Shown: positions 52,998 to 64,000 of the stretch, piece by piece
Position numbering within the stretch: the first letter of the stretch is position 1
How the letters are laid out: every line of letters begins with the position of its first letter
From: Podarcis pityusensis
Taxonomy: Eukaryota
Assembly (NCBI GenBank): GCA_964106645.2
Contig: OZ067038.1
Direction: 5' to 3' (one strand)
Length of the DNA stretch: 64,000 nucleotides
Translations under genes and position numbers: made by a program
The notes under the pieces: generated by a model
What the model was told of the DNA's origin: nothing
The model's input: the letters and a program-made list of their open reading frames with translations, nothing else
The model's database searches: none

Positions 52998-55900
52998 CGG
53001 TTAGCCGGACAATCCAGAAAACCACCAATATCGATCCTCTGTTGGAACATAGCTGGCTGGCGTAGGAAAAAATGTGACCCAGAATTCCAGTCGTATATCA
53101 ACTCGTTTCATATCATTCTATTGCAAGAAACTTGGGAGGAGGGTGAAATTGTCATAAACGGATTCGACCTATTATCCCTTCCAGCTTACCCCTCCCAGAA
53201 AGGAGGACGGCCGAAAGGTGGTCTAGTAATTGGTATCTCACTGAAGCTGCATTTCAAATTTTCACTAGTTTTGATTGCTCCCCCTTATGCTTTATCTGGG
53301 TTGATGTCGGGGGGAAAAGTATCACTGCTAATCTCTAATGTCTACCTCCCGCCAGGGGGTTCATCCCTTGAACTGCATGATAGATGGGAAATATTAGAAG
53401 ATCATTTAGTATCATGCCGAGTCAAATATGCCAATAGCCAATTCTTAATTGGTGGTGACTTCAACGCACGTATAGCAGCAAATTGGGCTGATTTAACTAA
53501 AGCAAAATGGTGGACTGCTCCATGCCTTGACAATTATGATTCGAGACATGCCTTAGGGAGAGCCTCAAAAGACTCTAAAGTAAACGAGGCTGGAGTACTT
53601 CTTTACCAGATGGCTATTCGCTTAAACTTAGAACCCCTGAATGGCTGCTGCCCTCCTGATATACCGGGGGAGTATACCCACCTAGGCATAAAATCAAACA
53701 GTGTACTAGATTACCTTTTAGCCTCGAGTGACCTGATTTCGAAAGCTCTCTCTTTTAAGATTGGCAATATTCACTATAGTGATCACCTTCCACTTGCTGC
53801 TACGTTTGACCTAGACTGGCACGGGGACGAGCACGGTCATCTAACTCAATTAGATACTAATGCAGAAAACCCGGTAGAGGGTATTAATACGGCATTACGA
53901 GTGAAGGGTATAAAGTGGTCTGTAACGCAGGCTCAAAAATATTCTGAATTTTTTCAGCAGGAGATCATACAAACCTATTCAGCCCTTGGCATAACTTCAT
54001 ATGATCACGATCAAACTATTAATCTATTTGCCAATCTGTTGAATGACCTCACGTCATTCTTTTCTGTCCCAACCCACCAGGCAAATTGGGCCCACCCCAA
54101 GATAGGTGCACCGTGGTTTAACCGTAATTGCAAACAAGCCAAACAACACCTTTGTGCTATTTATAATGATTACAAATCCTCAGGGGCGATTACGCTTCCC
54201 AAGGAGTACTACCAGGCAAAATCTGCTTACAAATATGTGCAGAAAAATGCTAAACAGGAATGGCAATTGAACCGCTGGCAAGCACTTATAGCTGCCTCAA
54301 GTACCCGTAATTCCCGAAAATTCTGGCTGTTGGTTAACAGAAAATCTAAAAGATACCCCTTAACAGTTATTCCTGCCCCAATTTGGGAATCCTTTCTAAG
54401 GAATTATTTTGCCTTACCAGACCTTAATATTAATACAATCGATGGAGTCTATGAGCAGCTCCCTCTTTGGCCACCCACTGACCCGGAAGAAATCCACGGA
54501 CTTATTTCTAATCTTAAAATCGGAAAAGCCCCCGGTCCTGATCTAGTCCCGGCAGAAGCTATAAAACTTCATGCTGACTGGTGGGCGAAAATCTTGGCTG
54601 CTACCTTTGATGCCGTAAACAACAGTGGGAAGGTACCAAGAATATGGAAGGATGCGATTATTGTTCCAATTCATAAAAAAGGCTCGACAGATGACCCGGG
54701 AAATTACAGGAATATCAGTTTATTGTCATTAATTGGGAAAATATATGCACGGTTCTTGTTAACTAAGCTTACTAAGTGGGCCGAAGAGAACAACCTGATT
54801 GGGCCTGAACAGGCTGGTTTTAGACCGAATCAGTCAGCGGTTGATCAGGTCTTAGTTTTATACCACCTTGCCCGGAAATACTCCTCCCCAAATAGAGGCC
54901 AACTTTGTGCGGCCTTTATTGATTTAAAGGCCGCTTTTGACAGCATCCCCAGAGGACTGCTTTGGGGAAAACTAGCCCGATGGGGAATAGACAAAAGACT
55001 ATTGTGGCTAATAACTAAATTGCATGACGGATCGGCCGCTAGGGTGAGAATCACTCCGGCAGGCGACCTCTCAAACTCAGTAGCTATCAATAGAGGTGTT
55101 CGCCAAGGATGTATCCTTGCTCCGACCCTTTTTAATCTATTTATAAGTGATATGAGGGCGCCTCTGATAGAGGCTCAAGAAACGATCCACGCCCCCCGTC
55201 TTGCCCAATATCGTTGCCCCCTTCTACTCTACGCAGACGACGCAGTGATCCTATCCTTTTCAAGAGTCGGCCTTAGGAGGGCATTAAAAATCTTCGATGT
55301 TTACTGCAAATCAAATTTTCTTACAATTAACCATGTTAAGTCCAAAGTCCTAATTTTCACCAAGAGTCGAAAAACCTATAATTGGAGAATAGACGGAAAA
55401 GCTATTGACCAAGTCTTTAAATTTCAGTACTTGGGAGTCTTTCTCCAACACAACATGGGCTGGAAGGTCCATGTTGCATATGTATTAAACAGAGCTAAAG
55501 CCCTTTCCTATGCGCTATTGCGTTTTTTCTTTTCAGATGGGGCTTTCCATATTCCATCAGTGTTAAAAGTTTTCAAGGCAAAGGTGATTGCAACAATAGC
55601 ATATGCAGTCCCATTATGGGGGTCCTTTGCTAATCTAACCCATTTGGAGGTAATCCAAAACCAGTTTTTAAAAAGGTTGTTAAAATTACCCAGGTGTGTA
55701 AGCAATACTGCTATACGACTGGAACTAAATGTTACATCTCTAGAAACCACATTATGGAAATGCATCCTCTGTTACTGGTTGGCTTTATGGCATAAACTTC
55801 CAAATCTCCACTTGATACAATGCCTCTGGAGAGATGACTTCCCTAGCCCCTGGGCAAAAATAATACATGGGAAACTTGTGTCCCTAGGACTATCTCCATC

Positions 55901-56438
55901 TGAACTATTAAAACTGGATTTAACTTTGGCCAAAAGAATTATAACCCACAAATTAGAGGAGATGGATTTACAATTTAACATTGCGACAGGTGGTGGCACC
56001 TGTTCGCCGATAAACCTTGGCTTAACACCACCAACGAAACTTCCATCTTACTTAACTACCTTATCTGTGGTGACGCACAGGTATGCCTTTATAATGGCTA
56101 GATTCAATGCTTTCCCATCAAACGTGTTGGGTAACAGACTCTCCAACGGACAGATCTCACTCCTCTGTGACTGTAAAAGCGGATCTATAGAATCGTTATA
56201 TCATATAATCTTCTGTTGTCCATTACATTCGGCTTCACGGTCCAAGTTTCTGGCCCCATATTTATCGAGAATTGCGGACAGTCCTCAGGAAGCCCAAATA
56301 ATATACTTATTAAACGACGAAGATACAAGTAGATCCCTTGCAATCGCTAGATATCTGAGTAATGTTTTATTTCAAAAGAGGAGAAATGGATCACTGCGTG
56401 TTTCTGACAGCTTAGCTAAACTTAAGAACTATCAATAA
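52998..56438 (+). CDS. ORF2 of the RTE-X-like LINE: APE endonuclease, reverse transcriptase, C-terminal zinc knuckle (1146 codons, no AUG start)
   Basis: Open from the codon after the ORF1 stop: RLAGQSRKPPISILCWNIAGW...LLQETW, GDFN, SVLDY, SDHLP, GKAPGPD, QAGFR, FIDLKAAFD, LLYADD, YLG. Confidence 0.93.
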   Translation, partial: RLAGQSRKPPISILCWNIAGWRRKKCDPEFQSYINSFHIILLQETWEEGEIVINGFDLLSLPAYPSQKGGRPKGGLVIGISLKLHFKFSLVLIAPPYALSGLMSGGKVSLLISNVYLPPGGSSLELHDRWEILEDHLVSCRVKYANSQFLIGGDFNARIAANWADLTKAKWWTAPCLDNYDSRHALGRASKDSKVNEAGVLLYQMAIRLNLEPLNGCCPPDIPGEYTHLGIKSNSVLDYLLASSDLISKALSFKIGNIHYSDHLPLAATFDLDWHGDEHGHLTQLDTNAENPVEGINTALRVKGIKWSVTQAQKYSEFFQQEIIQTYSALGITSYDHDQTINLFANLLNDLTSFFSVPTHQANWAHPKIGAPWFNRNCKQAKQHLCAIYNDYKSSGAITLPKEYYQAKSAYKYVQKNAKQEWQLNRWQALIAASSTRNSRKFWLLVNRKSKRYPLTVIPAPIWESFLRNYFALPDLNINTIDGVYEQLPLWPPTDPEEIHGLISNLKIGKAPGPDLVPAEAIKLHADWWAKILAATFDAVNNSGKVPRIWKDAIIVPIHKKGSTDDPGNYRNISLLSLIGKIYARFLLTKLTKWAEENNLIGPEQAGFRPNQSAVDQVLVLYHLARKYSSPNRGQLCAAFIDLKAAFDSIPRGLLWGKLARWGIDKRLLWLITKLHDGSAARVRITPAGDLSNSVAINRGVRQGCILAPTLFNLFISDMRAPLIEAQETIHAPRLAQYRCPLLLYADDAVILSFSRVGLRRALKIFDVYCKSNFLTINHVKSKVLIFTKSRKTYNWRIDGKAIDQVFKFQYLGVFLQHNMGWKVHVAYVLNRAKALSYALLRFFFSDGAFHIPSVLKVFKAKVIATIAYAVPLWGSFANLTHLEVIQNQFLKRLLKLPRCVSNTAIRLELNVTSLETTLWKCILCYWLALWHKLPNLHLIQCLWRDDFPSPWAKIIHGKLVSLGLSPSELLKLDLTLAKRIITHKLEEMDLQFNIATGGGTCSPINLGLTPPTKLPSYLTTLSVVTHRYAFIMARFNAFPSNVLGNRLSNGQISLLCDCKSGSIESLYHIIFCCPLHSASRSKFLAPYLSRIADSPQEAQIIYLLNDEDTSRSLAIARYLSNVLFQKRRNGSLRVSDSLAKLKNYQ

Positions 56439-59400
56439 GTGCCAGAACTGACACGTATACCCCCCAAAATCTGATGGATCGGAATTGCGGTTTACATAGA
56501 GGGAGCTTATTGTGTATAGTGTTTACTTAACTAAAGTAAAATTGGTTTTATAAGGGTGTTTTAACTTGGAACTGTTTAAATTGTATTGTTTATGGATAAA
56601 TTCTGATGTATTGTCTTCGATATGGGCCAATGGCCGCAATAAATCAAATTCAATTCATTGGAAAATAAAACCCCAAGGTGGTTGTCACCAATGGAAGCAA
56701 AAGCTCTGAAAAGGCTCAATATGGAGGCCAAATGGCCTACATATTGGGAAATTTTGGAGCAAGAAGGAGACAAATTGAAATTGCAGAGTTTCGAGAAACT
56801 AAAAAATAAAGTGAGAGATTGGCTTCATTATTATCAGATAATGGAGGCATATAATTTGGATAAGAAAATTGGCTTCCAGGTGGAAAAGTCAAAATTAGAA
56901 ACAGAATTGCTAGAACCCAAAACTAAAAATCTGTCAAGAATGTATAACTTGCTGTTGAAATGGAATACTCAGGATGAAACGGTGAAATCTGCTATGATTA
57001 AATGGGCACAAGATGTTGGACATAATATTATGTTTGCTGACTGGGAACAGTTATGGACCACAGGTATGAAGTTTACGGCATGTAATGCCTTAAGAGAGAA
57101 TATTATGAAAATGATATACAGGTGGTACATGACCCCAGCCAAGCTTGCAAAAATTTATCATTTGCCCGATAATAAATGTTGGAAATGTAAAGAAACTGAA
57201 GGTACATTCTTTCACCTTTGGTGGACGTGCCCAAAGATCAAGGCTTTCTGGGAAATGATATATAATGAACTGAAAAAGGTATTTAAATATACCTTTCTGA
57301 AGAAACCAGAGGCCTTTCTTTTGGGCATTGTCGGCCAATTGGTGACAAAGAAGGATAGAACCTTTTTTATGTATGCCACAACAGCAGCAAGAATACTCAT
57401 CGCAAAGTATTGGAAGACACAAGATCTACCCACTTTGGAAGAATGGCAGATGAAGGTGATTGACTACATGGAATTGGCGGAAATGACTGGCAGAATCCGA
57501 GACCAGGGAGAAGAGTCGGTGAAAGAAGACTGGAAGAAATTTAAAGACTATTTACAGAAATATTACAAAATTAAGGAATCTTAGAAGGATGTTGGATAGA
57601 AACTAAGAGGTTTTTAGCTGTAATGCCTTAAGAGATATGAAAAAAAAAGTTAACAATTGGGTAAAAGTTTAATGGTAAGGATTTGCTGAACTAACAAACT
57701 GAACTGGAATACAAAGAAGGGAGGTATGAGGAGGTTCGGGGAAATAAGTGCAAGGAAGATAGGTTATGGAAAATTAATGTGTTTTTAATTGTTTTATTTT
57801 GTATGTTTCTCTTTATACTTTTTTCTTTATTTTGTATTTTCATGTATCTTTTTGAAACTTTAATAAATATTATTTTTAAAAAAAACAAAACCTTGGGAAG
57901 GGGCCAAAAATGTAGTCAATGTGGGAATATATGCATGATGACGTGATTTCAGGGCATATATATTAGGAGGCGGAGCAACATGGTTCCAGTATTACAAATG
58001 TTCTCAGGGTGTGGATGTAGAGACAAAAACCACAGAACAATGGCAGTTGGACTGAGGTTGCTCAATGCTTATCAGTCCAGTTTGATTTTTAAACTAGAAT
58101 AGCTGACAGGAAAGGGGGGGGAGCAGGGGGCGAGCATTCCCTCTCCTTTCTTCTTCCTGCCAAGTTTGCTCTTTGGAGGCTCATGTTGGTTCACTCGATT
58201 GGTTCTGACGTTTCACAAGCTCTAGAATAAGCTGCAATTACAGTAATGAGATCGGGGCAAATATTGTTTGTCTCCTTGCCTCAAGGAGACAGGTTATAAC
58301 TGCTTTCGTCTAGAGGAACCTCATTCAAAAGATGACTTGTCAGGATATGTCAGGACCCATTAAAATGGTGGGAGATGTAAACCAACAACAATCCTCACTC
58401 TCGTCTCTTTCAGCACACATAGCTATAACTTCTTAGGTCTGGGTCACGTAAACATTTAAAGAAGTTGAAATAATACATTGGAGCCAAGCAGCACATAAAT
58501 AAGGCGGAACTGGTGATTTGTGGGAGTAATATAAAGAACAGCAAATAAATATCTCACATTATGCTTCTGAGGGCATTTAATACTTGCTTTTTTTGCACTT
58601 CTGCGAAAATGTATTATGTTTAGACGCTTATAAAGTTCTCCCCAGCTGAAGTTCTCCCTAGATATTTGGGTCCCAAGTTACCTGATCTTATGTGCCAAGT
58701 GGCACTTCTGAAATTTTCCCATTTTTAATTTCATATTTTGTTTAGATTACTGCACATGAACAGATTGCTAGTCTTCAGTCATGTCCTTTGTATCTTGCAG
58801 GTTACTGATGCACCTGAGTGCCTGTGCAGATTGTGATGCAATTGTGATGCATTCACATGATCAGAACAAGATTCTGTTTGAGCGGCATTTTCATCAATGT
58901 GTGCTTGTACATACAAGTAAACTTAGAAGGGGAAAATCTATGAACTGAAAACTGTACCTGGGCCAATTCTGAAAAGTATTTTAAAAATTCTCCTATTCGT
59001 GTGACTAATGTGCATCTATAAAGTCCACACGGGAGTGGCGCTACGGCTGGAGATCCCACCTGCATGCAACAGATGAGGTGCCGTTATTGTGGTGCCTTCC
59101 AAATGTTGGTAAACTCCAGCTCCCACTGGTCATGCAGGCTGGAGCTGATGGGAAGTAGAGTTCAATAAAATCTGTTGGGCACAATGTTTGCTATCCCTTC
59201 ATTAAAGTGTGTGCAAACTGTGTAAGCTTGGCTACACAGTCAGTGGACCTGTCCCCCCCCCCCCCCCGGGTCCCTGACTGTGCATACAGAGTCTATGTGC
59301 ACAGTTTATATGCAAACTGGTATATTCTAATAGTCTACCACATATGCATAGTACAAAGTGGGGTCTGACACAAGGATCCCCAAACACACAAATGCATACA

Positions 59401-60153
59401 CGAGAGAGAGAGAGGCAAATCTATTCAATATACACACGGAGGCTGTATCAACTGAGCTCAAGTTAAATTGGAAGGCAGGTAAAGTGGAGTACAGCCAAAC
59501 TATGGAACAGTAATATAATTCAGCCCTAGTGTGAAGGGAGAACTCACATGCACCACACTTCCCAGTAAGATCTATGACCCATATCTGTAACTAGAGCTGG
59601 ACGTCTTACCATGGGAACTATACATGGACTTCTTTTGCATGTTAATCCAGAAGTACAAAAAGAGGAAGCACATCAGCTGCATTTCCTTCATCTAAACCAT
59701 GCAAAGACACCCTGAGAGGGATGAATATGGTTAATGAGGTAAAGCTATGCAAATGCCCCCACCTACTTTTACAGTTCTGTTCCTGTACTGGAGAGCTGGG
59801 ACCTACATGCAAGAAGGGGTTTCCAACACAACATTCTCTGTTTAGTTCGGTGGGGAAGCAATTCCATGATATTACTTCACTCTTTATGGGAACCTGCTCT
59901 CCCTATGACGCTGAATATGCACTAGTTTGGGGCAAAAATACATTAAAAGGCTGCTTTTCTCAATGCTCTGCTTTCAGATACCGCAAGTTTCTGCAAAGGT
60001 ACATAAATACCTTGGCTTAGGGCTTGTCCGCATTTCACTTTTCCTGTGCCTAGAAAGCATGAGTCCGAGTGGTTTTCCATTTGTTCCAGCCGCCTGAGAA
60101 ACAGTTTCTACCCAAATGCGATTTTGGTTTTAAACAAATTGTAAGGAGTCTCT

Positions 60154-60522
60154 TACCCACGCGGGTGGCGCTGTGGGTAAAACCTCAGCGCCTAGGACTT
60201 GCCAATCGTATGGTCGGCGGTTCGAATCCCCGGGGCGGGGTGAGCTCCCGTCTTTCGGTCCCAGCTCCTGCCCACCTAGGAGTTCGAAAGCACCCCTAAG
60301 TGCAAGTAGATAAATAGGTACCGCTTTATAGCGGGAAGGTAAACGGCGTTTCCGTGTGCTGCGCTGGTGCTGGCTCGCCAGAGCAGCTTCGTCACGCTGG
60401 CCACGTGACCCAGAAGTGTCTCTGGACAGTGCTGGCCCCCGGCCTCTTAAGCGAGATGGGTGCGCAACCCCAGAGTCGGTCACGACTGGCCCGTACGGGC
60501 AGGGGTACCTTTACCTTTACCT
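60154..60522 (+). mobile_element. Sauria-type SINE, full length
   Basis: GCGGGTGGCGCTGTGG head, GGTTCGAATCCC B-box, (ACCTTT)n tail; 12-bp TSD TAAGGAGTCTCT at 60142-60153 and 60523-60534. Confidence 0.93.
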
Positions 60523-63299
60523 TAAGGAGTCTCTATGGGAGTATATTGTATTTAAAAATGGGGTATCAGAGTTTTTAGGGGGCTAACCAGGTTGGGATAG
60601 CTGGGATAGCAGGCTTGTTGGTTTTTGAATGTCTTATGTAGATTTTTCAATTTTGTTGTTCTGCATGGGACAATGACAATAAAGAGTATCGTACTGTATC
60701 GTATCATACTTCCCCAGGAAAACTTGCTTTTTGCCACTGACTTGGAGCAAACGTCAATCCATAGAAAACCCGGTTAACGTTTGCTCCAATTCAGCAGTAA
60801 GGATCCAACTTCCCTGGGCGAAAGCGGCATGACGAGCCCTGAATGTGTAATGGGCCCCTCTAGCTCTCGCAGGGATATTTTCCAATGTTCTAGAAGCTTT
60901 GTGCTTCTCATATTTATGGAGGGCTGTGCTGCCTGCATAGATCACAACATTTGTATGCCTTTTGAAAAATGGAAGTGGTACATGGGAATCATGACGGGTC
61001 TTTCACGTGTATGCAGAAGAGAAGCATCAAAAGATGTTGCAAGTGCTCACCCCCAAACAGCCTCCCATGTTGACTGATTCAGTATCTAGATCTATAATAT
61101 GTTGTGCACATTACAATTAATTATCATATGGCATTTGGGTTTTAGACAATGACTCATAATTGACAAATATGGAGCTAATTTTAGTTAGGTAAATATCCTA
61201 ATGTTGTGAGTTAGTGAAACATGATTAGCTATTATATTTTAAGACAACTGATGCTTTGGACAATCTTACTCATGCATAAAAATGTGGTTTCCCCCCCTAA
61301 ATTTAAATCAAAAAGCAACATGGGGAAATAGTGTCTGAACAAAACCGAACATAAGGGAGTGCTTGTGCACTTGTGACTTTTACTAGGTTGAGATTTCACA
61401 CACACACACACACTGAGTGAGCAGGCCCACTGTAAAACCATCTAACTCGGGTCCTTATGTAATTCTTTCTTCCCATGTTTTCCTTTTCTTCAGGTGAAAT
61501 AAAAGAAAAAGGATAATTCCTATTAGCTTGCAAACATGTAAAACAGACCAAATTGCAGAGCTTTTATAAAACCTTCACTGGATATGGAAATCTAGCATGT
61601 CAGGGAAAAGATTTCTAAGCTTAGCCTTCTCTCCAATGTGCTCGGCCTGTGCCATATGAAAGCCAGAGGGGCCATCTTAGGAATGAAGAAGTGAAATTCC
61701 AAACCTGAGACTAGCAATGAGGGGTTTATTGGAGCAGCATAACCACCACCGCACCCACATCAGAGGGTGAGGAGAAGGAAATGCCTCTTTGCCGTGGCAG
61801 CTCCCAGGCTGGCACCTCAAAGAGATTTGGAGCAGGCTCACTGCCATCACATGATCATGGAATTGTAGAGTTGGAAAGAATCCTGATGGTCATCTAGTCC
61901 ATCCCTCTGCCAGCTCTGCCCCCTCCCTACCTCTAAAACACCCCAGTATAATTAATAATAAGAATAACCCAGCCCATTTCTGAGGTTGTTGCTGACTAGT
62001 GCTGGCCGGAATACAGCCTGTCATTTGGGCAACAGACGTACCAGGGTGCTGCTCAGGGGCGGACCCTCTCCTCACTGCTGCTGGAACTCCCCCCTTACCA
62101 AAGGCTGGTGGGGCACACAAGACTGCAGGGAGGGGGGTCTGCCTCCACCTCAGGGTTTGGACTGCCCTGCCTGAAATGAAGGATTCCCTGCACTCCCGTA
62201 GTACATGGGAGAGTGACAGAGAAAATCCACCAGAGCTTAGAGCAGTTCTTGGGTTTTTTCCTCCGAACATTAGTGCAACCCTAATATATAACATATAACA
62301 TGAGTTTGCTAAATGCAAAAATATAGAATGAACACAGAAACATCCTTGTTTTGTACCTCTCATATCTCTAGACTAACACAGCAAAATACCTATTTTTAAA
62401 AATACAACCGACAATTATTTTTCAATAAATGTTCGGCAAAGTGAAGAGATGAAGGAAGCGTGAATTAAAAGCAACGGCCTTGCCCTTGCGGTCCTCTGCC
62501 CCTCACCTGCACAGCAAGGCCTGTGCAAAATCTCTCAGGAAAGCCGCCGTTTTAAATGGCTGGTCTCAGTTGTTTACCTGGAGATGGATTTTGTGTCACC
62601 TCTGCCACCTCCCGCTCAAGTCCCTGGACACAGAGCAAATATATATCTGAAACACATTTGCAGGATCAGCTGTTTTTGCACCTTTGGAACCAAGGATGCT
62701 TTCCTCAGAAGAAGGAAAGCCCTCTACAAAACATTTCCTTTACAGGTTTGTTTGAAGTAGCCGGGAGGGGGGAGAGAGAGGATTCGAATCTATTGATTAG
62801 TCTACCGGCCGACCGTAGAGTCTGACATTAAAGTGGTATTAACATGAGTGTGTTCTAGGAGCTGCTGGATTACATCTCTATCCGTACCACTGAGTTCCTC
62901 CTATTCATAGCATTCCCCCTCCCAGCTACTTCAAATGGACTCATAAAGAAAAGGTTTTTACTGGGCTTTTCTTCCTGTAAGGGTGCACCATAGATTCTAA
63001 AACATACGTAACCATAATCTGAACAGTTCCCCTATTAATTTAATAATGTGTGTATGTGTTTTCCATTTGGTTGGGGCAAGACAATTCACAGGAGGTACTT
63101 CACTATTATTTGCCGCCTTACAATCATTTTTTTTTCTACACTTCATTACAGTTTCCCCATGCATAAAAATATATTTTTTTATAAACCCTACCTCTTTTTT
63201 GCTGTTGTCACCATAACAGAAAATTCTCCAATTACTATAATTTATTTCACACCCTGAGACACAGCTACACTTTCCTGTCGTTTCCATGATAACTGTATG

Positions 63300-63720
63300 A
63301 GAGTTTAATGATTTTGAGGCTGGAAGAATAATGGCACCAGCATAACTCTCTTATGTTCACAGGCTCCTGCAGGTATACCTTTTAGTCTTTTATTACTTCT
63401 AATCTTTGAGCAAAAGATTCCATACCTAATGCAAACATAAAGAGGAGAAGGGCCATCCTTGACATTTCCTTCAGAAAAGGACAATTTCCTTCTTTATAAA
63501 GTGAGTTATAGGGAGGGTCTAAGAGTTCAGGTTCACAAAGGGCTGTGGAAACATCAGCTACAAGCAGCTTGTACAGAAGCCGTACAAAGCCTTTTAACAA
63601 GAATTACAAGTACATTAAGTCTCCCCTCCATAAACCAATGGCAGCAACTAACCCCCTGCCATCGAGCAATCAGGATGATTTACAGGACAGTTAAGGAGAA
63701 GTAGAAAAAGCAGAGATGAA
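63300..63720 (-). mobile_element. Highly degenerate L1-like RT fragment
   Basis: Frameshifted remnants resembling G.RQGCPLSPLLF.LA.E..A (CQGWPFS / LLFMFALGMESFAQR). Confidence 0.45.
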
Positions 63721-64000
63721 GTGAATAGTCCAATCACAGAAGCTATCTGTATCGGTGAAGCAAGAAATATTTCTTTCCCTTGCCCCCTTTGTATTATTTG
63801 AATCCAGTAAATTACCAATCAGCAGTTGGTGGGCTCCATGTGAAATCTGCCCCTCTGCAGGGTACTGCCCTGGCTTCCACTATTGCCAAGCCAGAAGAAA
63901 AGGAAATGGAATTACCCAGCAGGCCATAGGGGCTGCGAATTGGTTATTGCTCTGGAGCCCTGGGGCGGGGGGACAATTACTCAGCAATATATCCATTGTT

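Larger units (their letters stand above)
50405..56656 (+). mobile_element. Full-length, apparently intact RTE-X-like non-LTR retrotransposon nested in the L1
   Basis: 14-bp TSD ATTGGAAAATAAAA at 50391-50404 and 56657-56670; ~735-bp 5'UTR; two long ORFs; 3' GGCCAATGGCC hairpin, AATAAA and short AATTC repeats. Clade call from motifs (GRPKGG, GDFNARI, LNG...GEYT, PWFN..C, GVRQGCILAP.LFNLFI, C-terminal CxC..E...H....CP) is my recognition, not a search result. Confidence 0.88.
49101..57884 (+). mobile_element. 5'-truncated L1-clade LINE hosting two nested insertions (L1 parts ~49101-49847, 50334-50404, 56671-57884)
   Basis: AFADD, VKYLGI, GGFALP..LYY motifs; premature TAA at 49751-49753; the protein continues WYDKVK / FKNHIVRK..YKDLLENK / TPRWLSP across the inserts; polyA; TSD ACAAAACCTTGG at 49089-49100 and 57885-57896. 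Confidence 0.93.

Noticed and set aside
49040-57960. Idea that the nested L1 interrupts a CPS1 exon (donor-like GAG|GTATG near 49073)
   Set aside because: The reconstructed empty site does not translate to any CPS1 sequence.
40766-64000. Preceding CPS1 exon (IDKWFLYKM-like); donor-like CTTACC sites near 41076 and 59605
   Set aside because: The translations do not match CPS1. The corresponding human intron is also long as I recall, so absence in 23 kb is unremarkable.

Overview
Vertebrate genomic DNA, most likely a squamate and probably a lacertid lizard, judged from Sauria-type SINEs and young CR1, L2 and L1 families. The whole window lies inside one minus-strand gene, CPS1 (mitochondrial carbamoyl-phosphate synthetase 1). 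I located 13 consecutive internal exons (40765 down to 2218; 1414 coding nt). All have GT-AG boundaries and splice into one uninterrupted frame; their lengths match human exons ~22-34 as I recall them. The introns are packed with transposons. These include two near-identical CR1 LINEs (one 5'-truncated, one full-length with an in-frame internal deletion), an internally deleted Gypsy element with a PBS and 3' LTR but no 5' LTR, several L1/L2/CR1 fragments, four Sauria SINEs, and Tc1/mariner and hAT MITEs. A nested stack at 49-58 kb has an L1 interrupted by an L2 fragment and by a 6.25-kb, apparently intact RTE-X-like LINE. That LINE is the most interesting object. Its ORF1 and ORF2 are in the same frame, separated only by a single TGA in the leaky TGA-CGG context. 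ORF2 has no AUG before its first endonuclease motifs, and ORF1 ends in a canonical PCNA-binding PIP box. This suggests a stop-codon-readthrough ORF1-ORF2 fusion protein, although a one-base indel in an AUGA-overlap arrangement is a real alternative.
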